A DNA stretch of 64,000 nucleotides from a virus (taxonomy: Duplodnaviria > Caudoviricetes): IMG/VR virus record IMGVR_UViG_3300032237_000764, positions 32,168 through 96,167 of that record. One strand, 5' to 3'. Positions 30,768 through 41,294 of the stretch are shown piece by piece. Position 1 is the stretch's first letter; every line of letters starts with the position of its first letter. A model generated the notes under the pieces. It worked only from the letters and a program-made list of their open reading frames with translations. It searched no databases and was not told the origin of the DNA. The position numbers and the translations under genes were made by a program.

Positions 30768-31400
30768 ATGACTACACAAGAACATCATACTATCTGGCCC
30801 GAGAAATATCGTCCTTCATCTTTGGATGAATATGTAAGTAATCCAAATTTGATTGCTACAATTCGTAAATTCATTGATTCAAAAAATATTCCGCATCTAT
30901 TGTTTTATGGAACTGCGGGAACTGGCAAGACAACCTTGGCTAAGTTAATTATTAAGAATGTTGATTGTGATGCAATGTATATCAATGCGTCTGACGAAAA
31001 TAACGTTGATAATGTTCGTACAAAAATCAAAGATTTTGCATCAAATGTCGGTTTTTCTGAATTGAAGATCGTGATTTTGGATGAATGTCTTGATGAAAAT
31101 ACACTTATTTACGTTCTCAGGAATGGAGAAGAAATCATGATTTCTATAAAAGAAGCAGACGAAAAAAACGATTTGGTCAAATCATATAACACCCAACACA
31201 GTAAAATTGAATGGCGTCCTTTTTATTTATGGGATAAAGGAGAGCAAGAATGTCTGAGAATTGAATTGGAAAATGGAGAGGTGGTTGTTTGTACGCATGA
31301 TCATAAATGGTATGTATACGATGAAAATAATAAACCCTTTAAAGTAAAGGCGTCTGAACTGCTCTCTGGAAAATATGATTATATTCTTTCACCAGAATAA
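30768..31400 (+). CDS. Clamp loader ATPase (gp44/RFC-small) N-extein fused to split-intein N-fragment
   Basis: WPEKYRP, GTAGTGKT, INASD, IVILDE, then CLDENT..CTHDHKW and a stop. Confidence 0.92.
   Translation: MTTQEHHTIWPEKYRPSSLDEYVSNPNLIATIRKFIDSKNIPHLLFYGTAGTGKTTLAKLIIKNVDCDAMYINASDENNVDNVRTKIKDFASNVGFSELKIVILDECLDENTLIYVLRNGEEIMISIKEADEKNDLVKSYNTQHSKIEWRPFYLWDKGEQECLRIELENGEVVVCTHDHKWYVYDENNKPFKVKASELLSGKYDYILSPE
31086..31397 (+). mobile_element. Split intein N-fragment (104 aa)
   Basis: Block A CLDENTLI and block B CTHDH (TxxH); no block F or G before the stop. Confidence 0.9.
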
Positions 31401-31419
31401 AAATATTTGTAACATTAAA

Positions 31420-32395
31420 AAATGCTGCAATTAAAAATAAATTGGGAAGTTATAAAATATATGATAGAAAATCATTTTCTTGTGAGGAAATTGATCAACT
31501 ATTTAAAAAATATAACACCCTGCCAAAATTTTCCGACATATTCGATATGAATAATATTCATTCAGATTTAAGAAAATAGAAAAATTCAATTGTCAGAAAA
31601 ATGGATGATAATTCATGTAATTATTTTTTCTTTCTGATGGAAGACAATATTCCAAAATGAAAATATTGTAATATAAAATTAAAAATAGATGAATACAAAT
31701 ATAATAGGAAGCCCAGATTTCTTTTGTATTGTAAACCATGTGTAGAAGAAGGAAATTATAGACGATATAAACATTCTATTGAAAGTATAAAAAAATTTAA
31801 AATTTCCAAGAAAAAATGGAATAATACAAAAAAAGGAAAAGAATTTTATAAATTGCAGGGAAAAAATAATAGCAGGAAACTCAAAAAATTTTTCAAAACA
31901 GATGCAGGAAAAATTCAAATTCAGATAAATGCAAAAAAAGCTTCTGATAAACTTAGAGAAAAAATAAAAAATGGAACTTTTTCACCATGTATAACAAATA
32001 GATGGACACGTTGGAACGCGGTTGTTACAATAAACAACAAAACATATAAGTTTAGAAGTTCATGGGAAGCAAGTTTTTATGTAAGTAATAATTATCTAGA
32101 ATACGAAACAATTAGAATACCTTATATAAATAATCAAAACAAAAAAAAAGATATACATTGGAGATTTTTATGATAGACAAAGAAACATATTATATGAAAT
32201 TAAACCACGCTCGATTTTTCGAAAAGAAGCCAAAAAATAAATCAAGCAATAGCATATTGTATACAAAACAATATAAAATTTGTTTGGATAAATGAAAAAA
32301 ATATATTAAATTATGTAAATAAAGAAGATTTCTCAAAAGAAAATATAAAACAATATGAAAAAATGATACATGGGATTCAAAATGAAAAAAATTAA
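31420..32395 (+). pseudogene. Decayed PD-(D/E)xK (TnsA-like) endonuclease between the intein halves; 5' end approximate
   Basis: IPK*KYC nonsense codon, FRSSWEASF..YETIRIPY, frameshift at A9 into IYIGDFYD..YEIKP, then a second shift into FVWINEK. Confidence 0.7.
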
Positions 32396-32501
32396 AATAA
32401 TTAAAATTGAAAAGTTGACTGAAAAAAAACAAGTATATGATTTATCAGTTGAAGGAAATCATAACTTTTTTATAGGAAAATCTAAAACACTTACGTCAAA
32501 T
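32382..32501 (+). mobile_element. Split intein C-fragment (40 aa)
   Basis: Block F VYDLSV..NHNF, block G ending Ser-Asn, +1 Cys. Confidence 0.9.
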
Positions 32502-33110
32502 TGTGATTACATGACTCATAATGCACAGGCGGCATTACGTAACATTATGGAGACGTATGCATTGACTACACGATTCATTCTAACCTGTAACTATATTGAA
32601 AAGATTAGTGAGCCGCTGTATTCGCGTTGTCAGTGCTTTGAAATCAGTCCCTTGCAAAAGAAAGACGTAGCAATTCATTTAAAAAACGTTCTTCATGCAG
32701 AAAATGTTAAACACACTATGGATGATTTGGGTTATATTGTTAACACTTATTATCCTGACATTCGCAAAGTGTTAAATTTTGCACAACAAAGTGTATTAAA
32801 TGGAGAAATTAAAATCGCAGAGTTAAATTCTTCATCGTATAATACAAAAAATCAACTAATTGAACTATTGAAGTCTGAAACGAGTGCAACAACTGGCTTC
32901 CATAAGATTCGACAGTTGATTGCTGACAGCGGCGTTCGTCATTATGAAGAATTGTATCAAACTCTATTTGATCGTGTTGATGATTATGCACCAAAACAGC
33001 AGTCGGCAGCGATTTTGGTTGTGGCAGAGTATTTGTATCAAAGCAGCATGGTTGTAAACAAAGAAATTGTTTTTATGGCTTGTATTGCCAAACTATTAGA
33101 AATGCTATGA
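32382..33110 (+). CDS. Split-intein C-fragment fused to clamp loader C-extein (alternative start 32370)
   Basis: VYDLSVEGNHNFF..LTSN/CDYMTHNAQAALR, FILTCNY, SRC motif. Confidence 0.92.
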   Translation: MKKIKIIKIEKLTEKKQVYDLSVEGNHNFFIGKSKTLTSNCDYMTHNAQAALRNIMETYALTTRFILTCNYIEKISEPLYSRCQCFEISPLQKKDVAIHLKNVLHAENVKHTMDDLGYIVNTYYPDIRKVLNFAQQSVLNGEIKIAELNSSSYNTKNQLIELLKSETSATTGFHKIRQLIADSGVRHYEELYQTLFDRVDDYAPKQQSAAILVVAEYLYQSSMVVNKEIVFMACIAKLLEML

Positions 33111-33304
33111 AAATAGATAAAAACATAAAAACTCATTCAGTCACATTTTTCCAAATATGTTTGGTTTGATAGTGCATACGCTACCACATATAAAAATGAA
33201 TATGTAATTGTTGTAAAATCATATCCTTATAGCGATGATCACGTATTCAATGAATATGAAAAAAACAACAAAGTTAGAATTAGAACACACGTATTAGGAG
33301 GAAA

Positions 33305-33844
33305 ATGAATATTTTAAATAAAACCAAGGTTTATCTTGCGGGCAATTTAGAAAACGCAAAGACCAGCACCAATACATGGAGAGATCATGTTAAAAACGAA
33401 CTAAAGTCATTGAACATAACGTTTCTGTCGCCATTGGAGCATATGTTTACAGATGATATGCCAGAAGATGAAAGCAATCAACTTACAGTAAAAACACTAC
33501 GTGCCAACGCTGAATTTGATGCTGTGCATAAGCACATGAAAAAGATTGTTCGCAAAGATTTACGTCTGGTCGATATATCTGATTTTTTTATCTTTAACTT
33601 TGATATAAAAACACCCACCTATGGTACAATGCACGAACTTGTATTGGCAAGCCAGCAACGCAAACCTGTTTTTATTAGCGTAGGCGATAAACGTCAATGC
33701 CCTCTGTGGATAATGGGATTGTTTAGTCATAAATATATTTATAACAATGTAGAAGAAATAGTTGACGTATTGAAACGAATTGATAGTGGTGAAATTGAAA
33801 TTAATAACAGTCGTTGGAAATTGTTAAAGTCTGAATTTCGATAA
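33305..33844 (+). CDS. Nucleoside 2-deoxyribosyltransferase-like protein
   Basis: VYLAG..WR..DLRLVDISD..GTMHELVLA. Confidence 0.75.
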   Translation: MNILNKTKVYLAGNLENAKTSTNTWRDHVKNELKSLNITFLSPLEHMFTDDMPEDESNQLTVKTLRANAEFDAVHKHMKKIVRKDLRLVDISDFFIFNFDIKTPTYGTMHELVLASQQRKPVFISVGDKRQCPLWIMGLFSHKYIYNNVEEIVDVLKRIDSGEIEINNSRWKLLKSEFR

Positions 33845-33896
33845 ATATATTGAACGGATTATTTGTTGTGTCTATATTTATAAGAGATTGTTATAA

Positions 33897-36082
33897 ATGA
33901 ATAATTCTTCTAAGTTTGATTTGTTACCGTTATATGTAGATAATATTACTAATAGAAAAGTTGTATACATTGGACCAGACGGTTCAAGTGGTTATGCATG
34001 CGCTGCTAAGGGGTACATTTACGAACTAATTCGCACAAATGTACCCGTTAAATTTCTTTCATATACAATACCAAATCAACAGATTGATATTGACAATACT
34101 CCATTTTCTTTTTTAATCAATAAAAAAAAAATATTGTATTGGACAATCCAACTGAAATTGTTGTTCATGCAATTCCAGAAGGATGGGACATTTTAATAAA
34201 AAATTCTCAGATAAATTATACATCAGATACAAAATTAATTGGGCGTACTGTTTGGGAATTTGATAAATTACCCCAACAATGGGTTAACATTATTAACAAT
34301 AGTATTGTGAATGTAGTCAGTGTTCCGACAGAATGGAACAAAAATACATTTATTAATAGTGGAGTAACAAAGCCTATTGTTGTAGAACCACATGTTTATA
34401 TTGATTATCCACATACCCCATTAGTATTGCAACACATACTGAGTAGATGTGTATTAGTAAATAAACAATTAAAAGAAACAAATTTTAACAAACATTATAA
34501 ATTTTACAATATATCACAATTGATAGATCGTAAAGGTATCGATTTATTGGTAGAATCATTTTGTGAAGCGTTTGATTCAAATGATAACGTTTCATTGTTT
34601 CTTAAATTGTATCGTACTAATCATAGTCTTGTAGAACAAGCTGAAACGGCTAGATATATAAAATCAATCGTTGATAAATATCAAAACGCACCTTTGATTT
34701 TTCTTATAAAAGATTTCTTAACCTATGATGAAATAAAAACATTACATTCTTTATGTGATTGTTATGTGAGTTTGACAAAAACTGAAGGATTTTGTTTGGG
34801 AGCATTTGATGCATTTCAATCTAAAAAAAACGTAATTATAACTGGATATGGTGGACAACTCGAATATTTACAAAAAGACTATGATGGTCTAATACCTTAT
34901 ACATTAAGCTCGGTAAATTCGGAAATTTATAAGGGTTGTTATCTTGACGAATCATATAAATGGGCAATAGCTGACAAAAAAAGAGCGATTGATTTGATGC
35001 AAAAAAGATACAGAGGGGTCAAATCAAAAGTAATCACTGTAAAAAAGAACGATTTATCTATATTGTATGTTGGTCAATATGGCACAAGTGGTTATGCAAC
35101 TGCGGCAAAACAATATGTTGCTGATTTTGTAATGCGTAATATTCCTGTTCGCTGGGAGCCACTTTATTTTGATAAAACTAAACTAGATAATAATAATTAC
35201 GTTAATATTCTTGCAAAATCTGCAATTAATAAAAAAATTGACAGTTATAATACAGTTATTTTGCATTGTACTCCTGACTTATGGCCACAATATCTCGAAA
35301 AACATAAAGATACTTTGATTGGCAAAAAAATAATTGGATATACTGTTTGGGAAACTAACAGATTAAAACCTGAATGGGTAACTTATATCAATCAAGTTTC
35401 GGAAGTATGGTGTCCTTCTTCACATAACAAAGAGGTTTTTGAAAAAAGTGAAGTTACTATACCAGTAAAGGTTGTTCCACATCTATTTTTTAGAAATGAA
35501 TTACCAGAAAAATCAAATATATCTGTTCGTGGAGCAATCGATGGATATTATACATTCTACAATATTAGCGAGTATAACGAACGTAAAAATATCAAAGAAT
35601 TGTTAGAAACATATTGTCAAACATTTACGTCTGAAGATCGTGTTCAATTGATTTTAAAAACACATTATAAAGATTATTTAACCGACAATATTGTATATTG
35701 CAAACAAGAAATTGATAAAATTTTAAATAAATATCCAAACCACGCCCATATAGTTGTAATATATGATAATTTGGATGAATACGATCTATTAAAATTACAT
35801 TCATATGGTGATTGTTATATTACTCTCACTAGAAGTGAAGGCTTTGGATTAACAATTTTTGATGCATATAATTATGGAAAACAAATTATAGCAACGGGAT
35901 ATAGTGGATATATTGATTTTCTAGGATCAGATTATCCGGGGCTTGTAAAATACAATCTAATAAATGTAACTGGTATGGATACATTTAATAAAAATTATCA
36001 ACATGAAAATCAAATGTGGGCACAGCCAGATCTTGAACATACTAGTCAATTAATGAAAAATAATTATTTAAATAACATATGA
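33897..36082 (+). CDS. Tandem double GT-B glycosyltransferase with a -1 frameshift at an A10 run (34122-34131)
   Basis: Two homologous halves (YIGPDGSSGY / YVGQYGTSGY; TVWE; RK; EGF). ORF 33897-34196 supplies the N-terminus missing from ORF 34139-36082. Confidence 0.8.
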
Positions 36083-37182
36083 ATAATAAACATGAAAAAT
36101 TTACACAAAATTTTAGTACATGGGGTGATAAATTACTCCAACATACTGACGTATTGAATTCTATTCAAGCTGATAAACGTTTTAAACCAATTACAATTCA
36201 ACTCGCACCTACTGAAATATGTAATAGTGATTGTCCGTTTTGTTCTGTGGCAGGTAGACCTATCAAAAGTTATATCCCAATAGATAAAATTAAAAAACTA
36301 TTATTAGACTTTAAAACATTAGGAGCAAAAAGTGTCGAAATAACAGGTGGCGGAAATCCTTTATTATATAAAGATCCTTCGACAAAAGATGATATTAATA
36401 GTATTATTGAATTTGCAAACGAATTAAAATATGATATTGGTATTATAACAAACAATAGCACTTTAGAAAAAATTAAAAAAGAAAATTTTGATAAAATTAA
36501 TTGGATTCGAATCAGTCTCATTCAATTAGATGAAGGTAAAAATCCAGAAGATTATAATTTTAATGGATTTCCAATGAATAAATTAGCATTTAGCTACATA
36601 ATTTATGATAGCACTGGAGGTATACCAGATGAACTTTCACGGACTAATAAACCATATAATGGAACAACAATTGAGAGCATAAAAAACATTGCAAAATTAG
36701 TTGATTTACATCCCGTTATTAAATTTGTTAGAATTGCAGGAAATTGCTTAATTAAAGGTAAAAATGAATCTATAAAAGAGAAATGGAAATCTGTTATAGA
36801 TGAAATTGATAAATATAATAAATTTTTTATTAAAGATATTAGTACAAACGATTTTCCTTTTGATGATGGATGTTATGTAGGATTGATTAGACCTTATATA
36901 GCTCCATCTCCTCATGGTAAAGATTATCAAGTATATATTTGCACAAGTTATGTATTAAATAAAAGAACATATGATTTAGATTATTCATTAGGCAGTATAG
37001 ATAATGTAATTGAAATTTGGAATAAATGTAATGAAAACTATAAAAAATATGGATATCCTTATGAAATAAAAAATAATTGTGGAAAAAATTGGTCTGAGTC
37101 TTGTAAATATTGCTTTTATCAATTTAATAATAAAATATTACACACAGTTTCACAAGAAATGCCTGATAAAAATTTTCCATAA
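36079..37182 (+). CDS. Radical SAM protein
   Basis: CNSDCPFC, ITGGGNP, ITN; C-terminal Cys cluster (CY..C..CKYC). Confidence 0.88.
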   Translation: MNNKHEKFTQNFSTWGDKLLQHTDVLNSIQADKRFKPITIQLAPTEICNSDCPFCSVAGRPIKSYIPIDKIKKLLLDFKTLGAKSVEITGGGNPLLYKDPSTKDDINSIIEFANELKYDIGIITNNSTLEKIKKENFDKINWIRISLIQLDEGKNPEDYNFNGFPMNKLAFSYIIYDSTGGIPDELSRTNKPYNGTTIESIKNIAKLVDLHPVIKFVRIAGNCLIKGKNESIKEKWKSVIDEIDKYNKFFIKDISTNDFPFDDGCYVGLIRPYIAPSPHGKDYQVYICTSYVLNKRTYDLDYSLGSIDNVIEIWNKCNENYKKYGYPYEIKNNCGKNWSESCKYCFYQFNNKILHTVSQEMPDKNFP

Positions 37183-37183
37183 T

Positions 37184-37762
37184 ATGAATTTTGACGAACA
37201 ATACTATAAAACGCGCAATTATGTAAACTATCTAAATCGTGAAGATAAATATATTAAACTTGCACATGAATTAATATCTTTTTTAGAAAAAGAGAAATAT
37301 ATTAACAAAAATACAAAAATGCTTGATTATGGATGTGCTATTGGTTTTTTAATTAATGGAATTAAAAAACAAAATTATAATTGTTATGGATATGATATTT
37401 CAGAATGGGCAAAAGAAGAAGCATTTAAAAAATACGGCGTCGAATTTTTATTAAATAAATATAATAAAGTTGATTTGATGTTTTGTCTTGACGTACTTGA
37501 ACATATGAATGATAATCAAATATTAGAATGTTTATCTACATTTGATCCTGATATATTGGTTATTCGTATTCCATGTGCAGTGTTTAATCAAACTAATTAT
37601 TTTTTAGATATATCAAAAAATGATCCAACTCATATCAATTGTAAAGATAAAACTCAATGGATTGAGTTTTTTAAAAAATGTGGGTATAATACATTTATAA
37701 AATTAGATTTACTAACAATTTATGACTCGACCGGTGTAATGTCCTATATAATACACAAATAA
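37184..37762 (+). CDS. Class I SAM methyltransferase
   Basis: LDYGCAIG, GYDIS, DVLEH, DPTHI. Confidence 0.88.
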   Translation: MNFDEQYYKTRNYVNYLNREDKYIKLAHELISFLEKEKYINKNTKMLDYGCAIGFLINGIKKQNYNCYGYDISEWAKEEAFKKYGVEFLLNKYNKVDLMFCLDVLEHMNDNQILECLSTFDPDILVIRIPCAVFNQTNYFLDISKNDPTHINCKDKTQWIEFFKKCGYNTFIKLDLLTIYDSTGVMSYIIHK

Positions 37763-37763
37763 T

Positions 37764-38660
37764 ATGAATAATAAAATTAATTCTGATAATACAGTGTATG
37801 TAATACAAGCATACAATCGACCTGAACTATTTGCTCCCTCATTATTGAGTTTAAAGAATCAAATAATATCAAAGAAGCGAAAAATTTTTTTAATGCTTGA
37901 TGGGCCAAAAAATGATGAAGATCGAAAAAAAATAGAAATTAATAAATTAATTTTTACTACATTTTTTGAAAATTATCCATATACAACCGTAATTGAAAAT
38001 AAAACAAATATTGGTGCGGAATTAATGTTTGTCCAAACATGGAATTTAATGTTTGATCAATATAAAGTTGAAAATTTTGCTTTATTTGAAGACGATTTGT
38101 ATTTTGAAAAATCATACATACATAATGTTGAAAATTTATTAGAACATGTTTATGAAGATGACGACATCTATAGTGTCAATGGTTTTACTCGTCAAACAAT
38201 TTTTAGTACAAATGAAGAGTTAGAAATTAATAAAAATTATGTTGTGGCACAACATAATTTAATAGGATCTATATATAAAAGAAAATGTTGGTCCTTGATA
38301 AAGCCTGTATTTGAAGATTTTGTTAAAATTAAACAATCTTCTGCTTCTGATGATCACACATACACAGAATTAAATAAAAAATATGATTTGCACATGCCGC
38401 ATTTAGCATACGATAAAATTATAGATCATATGTTTGCTAAACATAAAAAATTGCGAGTGGCAACCTACAATAGATATTTATATCACCTTGGAATTTTTGG
38501 AACCTCTTGTGTAAAAATTAATGCAGGAGATATCATCGAACCTCTTAGAAATTTTATTAAATTTAATTGGGATAATTTATCCACTGATTCTTCATTTATA
38601 CAAAATTTTAATATTGATAAAAATGATAGATCGTTTTTAGAACAAATGTCAAAAGAATAA
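37764..38660 (+). CDS. GT-A glycosyltransferase
   Basis: AYNRPE, LDGP, LFEDDL, HLG..G. Confidence 0.75.
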   Translation: MNNKINSDNTVYVIQAYNRPELFAPSLLSLKNQIISKKRKIFLMLDGPKNDEDRKKIEINKLIFTTFFENYPYTTVIENKTNIGAELMFVQTWNLMFDQYKVENFALFEDDLYFEKSYIHNVENLLEHVYEDDDIYSVNGFTRQTIFSTNEELEINKNYVVAQHNLIGSIYKRKCWSLIKPVFEDFVKIKQSSASDDHTYTELNKKYDLHMPHLAYDKIIDHMFAKHKKLRVATYNRYLYHLGIFGTSCVKINAGDIIEPLRNFIKFNWDNLSTDSSFIQNFNIDKNDRSFLEQMSKE

Positions 38661-38671
38661 GTTTTAAAAAC

Positions 38672-38881
38672 ATGAAAATTTTATTTAATTTTGAATGTAA
38701 TATACTTCCTATAAGAGCAAATACTCTTATTAATTGGTTAGTGAGTCGTGGACGCACAGTTGATATATTATACGACATTGTTTGCGGTGAATTAATCAAA
38801 GGATCACATTATCTAAAAAAGCAACTATCTACAATACAATTAATAATTTTAATGAATATGATGTTTGGTTCGCCGATATAA
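38672..38881 (+). CDS. Small hypothetical protein or gene remnant
   Basis: 69-aa ORF; possible frameshift at the A6 run near 38815. Confidence 0.3.
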   Translation: MKILFNFECNILPIRANTLINWLVSRGRTVDILYDIVCGELIKGSHYLKKQLSTIQLIILMNMMFGSPI

Positions 38882-38885
38882 GTCT

Positions 38886-39752
38886 ATGAGTTTAAATTTT
38901 AAAATTAATATATTAAAGCAATTTGATGGAAAATATAATTATTTTAATCCGTCACACTGCAATGGCAAAACTATATTTAGACGTGAATTTAAATATGAAA
39001 ATAAAGTTTTAGTTAGTGATATAATTGATAATTTAAATAATGTTATATTAGCACATTATACAGATGAAAATTTTTTATATTGCTATGAAGATGCACGATT
39101 TATTAATGAAAATGAGATAAGTGTATGTGTTTGCAGACGCAATAAAGAAAATTTGACTGAAATATTAGAAGTGTCATATAAAAAATACAACTTATTGACA
39201 AAAGAATTCACACATTATAAAACTCAAAAAAGTCATTTTGAGAAGCACTGGCAGTTTTATGATGATAAAATTATATATCATGTTAATCCATACACAGTTA
39301 TGGATAAAAATGAAAATATATTATTTACTTCGGATATAGATTGGAATCCGTGGATTGAAAAATATGGTAAACCGGGGTTGAGTACCAATATTTTTGAAAT
39401 AGAAAATAAAAAGTATTTATTGTTTCATAGCTATATTTCATTAGATACATTATATTTTAAATATTATATTGGAATTCTAAAGTTAGACGACAATTTAAAT
39501 GCAATAGATTATATAAAAGATCCATTATTTGAGTCTAACAAATCATATAGTGATTCGAAATTACTTGAATCATTATGGGAATGGCGTAATACAAAGTTGG
39601 CCTCTGTTGTAAAGTATGAAGTAATTTTTCCAATGACAACAATTGTTACAAACGATCAAATATGTATTTATAGCGGTCTTAATGATTGTAGTGCAGTAAT
39701 ATTAAAAATTAATAAATTATTATTTACTGAATATATAACTAATAACACATGA
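38886..39752 (+). CDS. Beta-propeller glycosidase-like protein (GH130-like)
   Basis: FNPS, YEDARF, EKHW, LFHS, VIFP, YSGLND. Confidence 0.55.
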   Translation: MSLNFKINILKQFDGKYNYFNPSHCNGKTIFRREFKYENKVLVSDIIDNLNNVILAHYTDENFLYCYEDARFINENEISVCVCRRNKENLTEILEVSYKKYNLLTKEFTHYKTQKSHFEKHWQFYDDKIIYHVNPYTVMDKNENILFTSDIDWNPWIEKYGKPGLSTNIFEIENKKYLLFHSYISLDTLYFKYYIGILKLDDNLNAIDYIKDPLFESNKSYSDSKLLESLWEWRNTKLASVVKYEVIFPMTTIVTNDQICIYSGLNDCSAVILKINKLLFTEYITNNT

Positions 39753-40399
39753 ATATTTTAAATAAAACCTTTGATAAAATTTATATTATTGGATCGTTTG
39801 CGACTCAAAGTAGATATAATGATCTTCACAATAAATTAAATAAAGAAAAAATTGATGTTGAATGGGTTATTGCACCAAAGAAAAAATATTTTTTACAACA
39901 TTGGACTGTAGAATCTCCAAATTTACCGGGCAATTGGAGTCATCAAAGTGCCTTTGAGTCTATTTTTTTAAAAAGTAAAGCAATTGGATTGAATAATTTT
40001 TTAATATTAGAAGATGATGTAATTTTTGACGAGCATTATATTAATAAATTTCAAACATTTTATTCATCTATACCTGACGATTGGCAAATATTAAATATGG
40101 GATATCATTTTCATTCAATACATGTTGACGCGGATATTTATTATAAATTTAATCATGATGGGTATTTAATAGGAACACATGCAAATGCTTATAAAAACGA
40201 TACATTTAATATTATATTGGATGAATTTGAAAAATGCACATGCCCAGTAGATATATTTTTAAGCAACAACGTTTATAAAAAACTCAATACATACGCTTCC
40301 ACTGAAAAAATATTCTATCAATCTTCTTATAGATCATATGAATCTGATAAAGATGCTAATTATAAAAAATATCTTAGCGAAATTGATTCAAAAAATTAA
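39749..40399 (+). CDS. GT25-like glycosyltransferase
   Basis: FDKIYII, SH, LILEDDV, DWQILNMG, THA. Confidence 0.75.
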   Translation: MNILNKTFDKIYIIGSFATQSRYNDLHNKLNKEKIDVEWVIAPKKKYFLQHWTVESPNLPGNWSHQSAFESIFLKSKAIGLNNFLILEDDVIFDEHYINKFQTFYSSIPDDWQILNMGYHFHSIHVDADIYYKFNHDGYLIGTHANAYKNDTFNIILDEFEKCTCPVDIFLSNNVYKKLNTYASTEKIFYQSSYRSYESDKDANYKKYLSEIDSKN

Positions 40400-41279
40400 T
40401 AAGCTGTTTACTGTTTTTTTCAATTATATCAGAAAATAATTTACGACGTTCATTGGACTTTCCAATTGGTGAAAAATTTTTAACAGTATCATTGTAATAA
40501 TCTTTATTTACATAAAATGATTTTCTTAATGGAAAAATATTTGTAGTATTATCACTATCAAACATATATTCTAAATTAATGCATTCATTGACAGGTATAA
40601 AATGAACTAAATTGGGATCCAATTGTTCTCTAAATGTAGGAATATCGCTACATATAATTTCTGCCCCGGTTGATAATCCTTCAAACAGATAATGTCCCCA
40701 GCTTTCATATAAACTTATACAAATATGAATTTGGTGTGAATTTAATAAATATTTTATTTGATCATTTGTTTGATATGTACTAATATGTTTTATATTTTCA
40801 GAAACACTATATCTTTTGTAAGGATCAATTAATGTAAATGGATAATTTAATTTCAATAATAGTTCCGTATTTTTTTGTATGGATCTACCTGTAAAATTTA
40901 ACATTTTATTTGTTGGAACTATATTAGGATCATAATAATCAAATGAAATAAATGGCAAATGTACTACATCTTTGTATAGACTTAATAGTGTTTTAGCATA
41001 TTTAGATTTACATACAACTGCGTCAAAATATTTTAAACTATTTAATTCATGTATACCTGCCCATTCTTCATTAATAAAAAATATATTAGTTTTAAAATTG
41101 TTTAAATAATTGCTGTCGAAATTTTGAATCCATATACCAATATCGCTCTTTGGAATCGGGTGGGCAAAATAGTTAATATTGACACTATCGGTAATATTAT
41201 TTTTAATTAAATTACGCAAGAGTATGGCGTCGTTTACAATACCCACACCGTTATTATATGTTAAAATTGTATATTCCAT
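40374..41279 (-). CDS. GT-B (GT4-like) glycosyltransferase
   Basis: NGVGI..D, GRSIQKNT, SLYESWGHYLFEG. Confidence 0.75.
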   Translation of the reverse strand: MEYTILTYNNGVGIVNDAILLRNLIKNNITDSVNINYFAHPIPKSDIGIWIQNFDSNYLNNFKTNIFFINEEWAGIHELNSLKYFDAVVCKSKYAKTLLSLYKDVVHLPFISFDYYDPNIVPTNKMLNFTGRSIQKNTELLLKLNYPFTLIDPYKRYSVSENIKHISTYQTNDQIKYLLNSHQIHICISLYESWGHYLFEGLSTGAEIICSDIPTFREQLDPNLVHFIPVNECINLEYMFDSDNTTNIFPLRKSFYVNKDYYNDTVKNFSPIGKSNERRKLFSDIIEKNSKQLINFLNQFR

Positions 41280-41294
41280 GCTATATATGTATAT

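Noticed and set aside
31400-32382. Group I intron in the clamp loader gene
   Set aside because: No recognisable P/Q/R/S core. The spacer is occupied by endonuclease remnants, and intein halves already explain the split.
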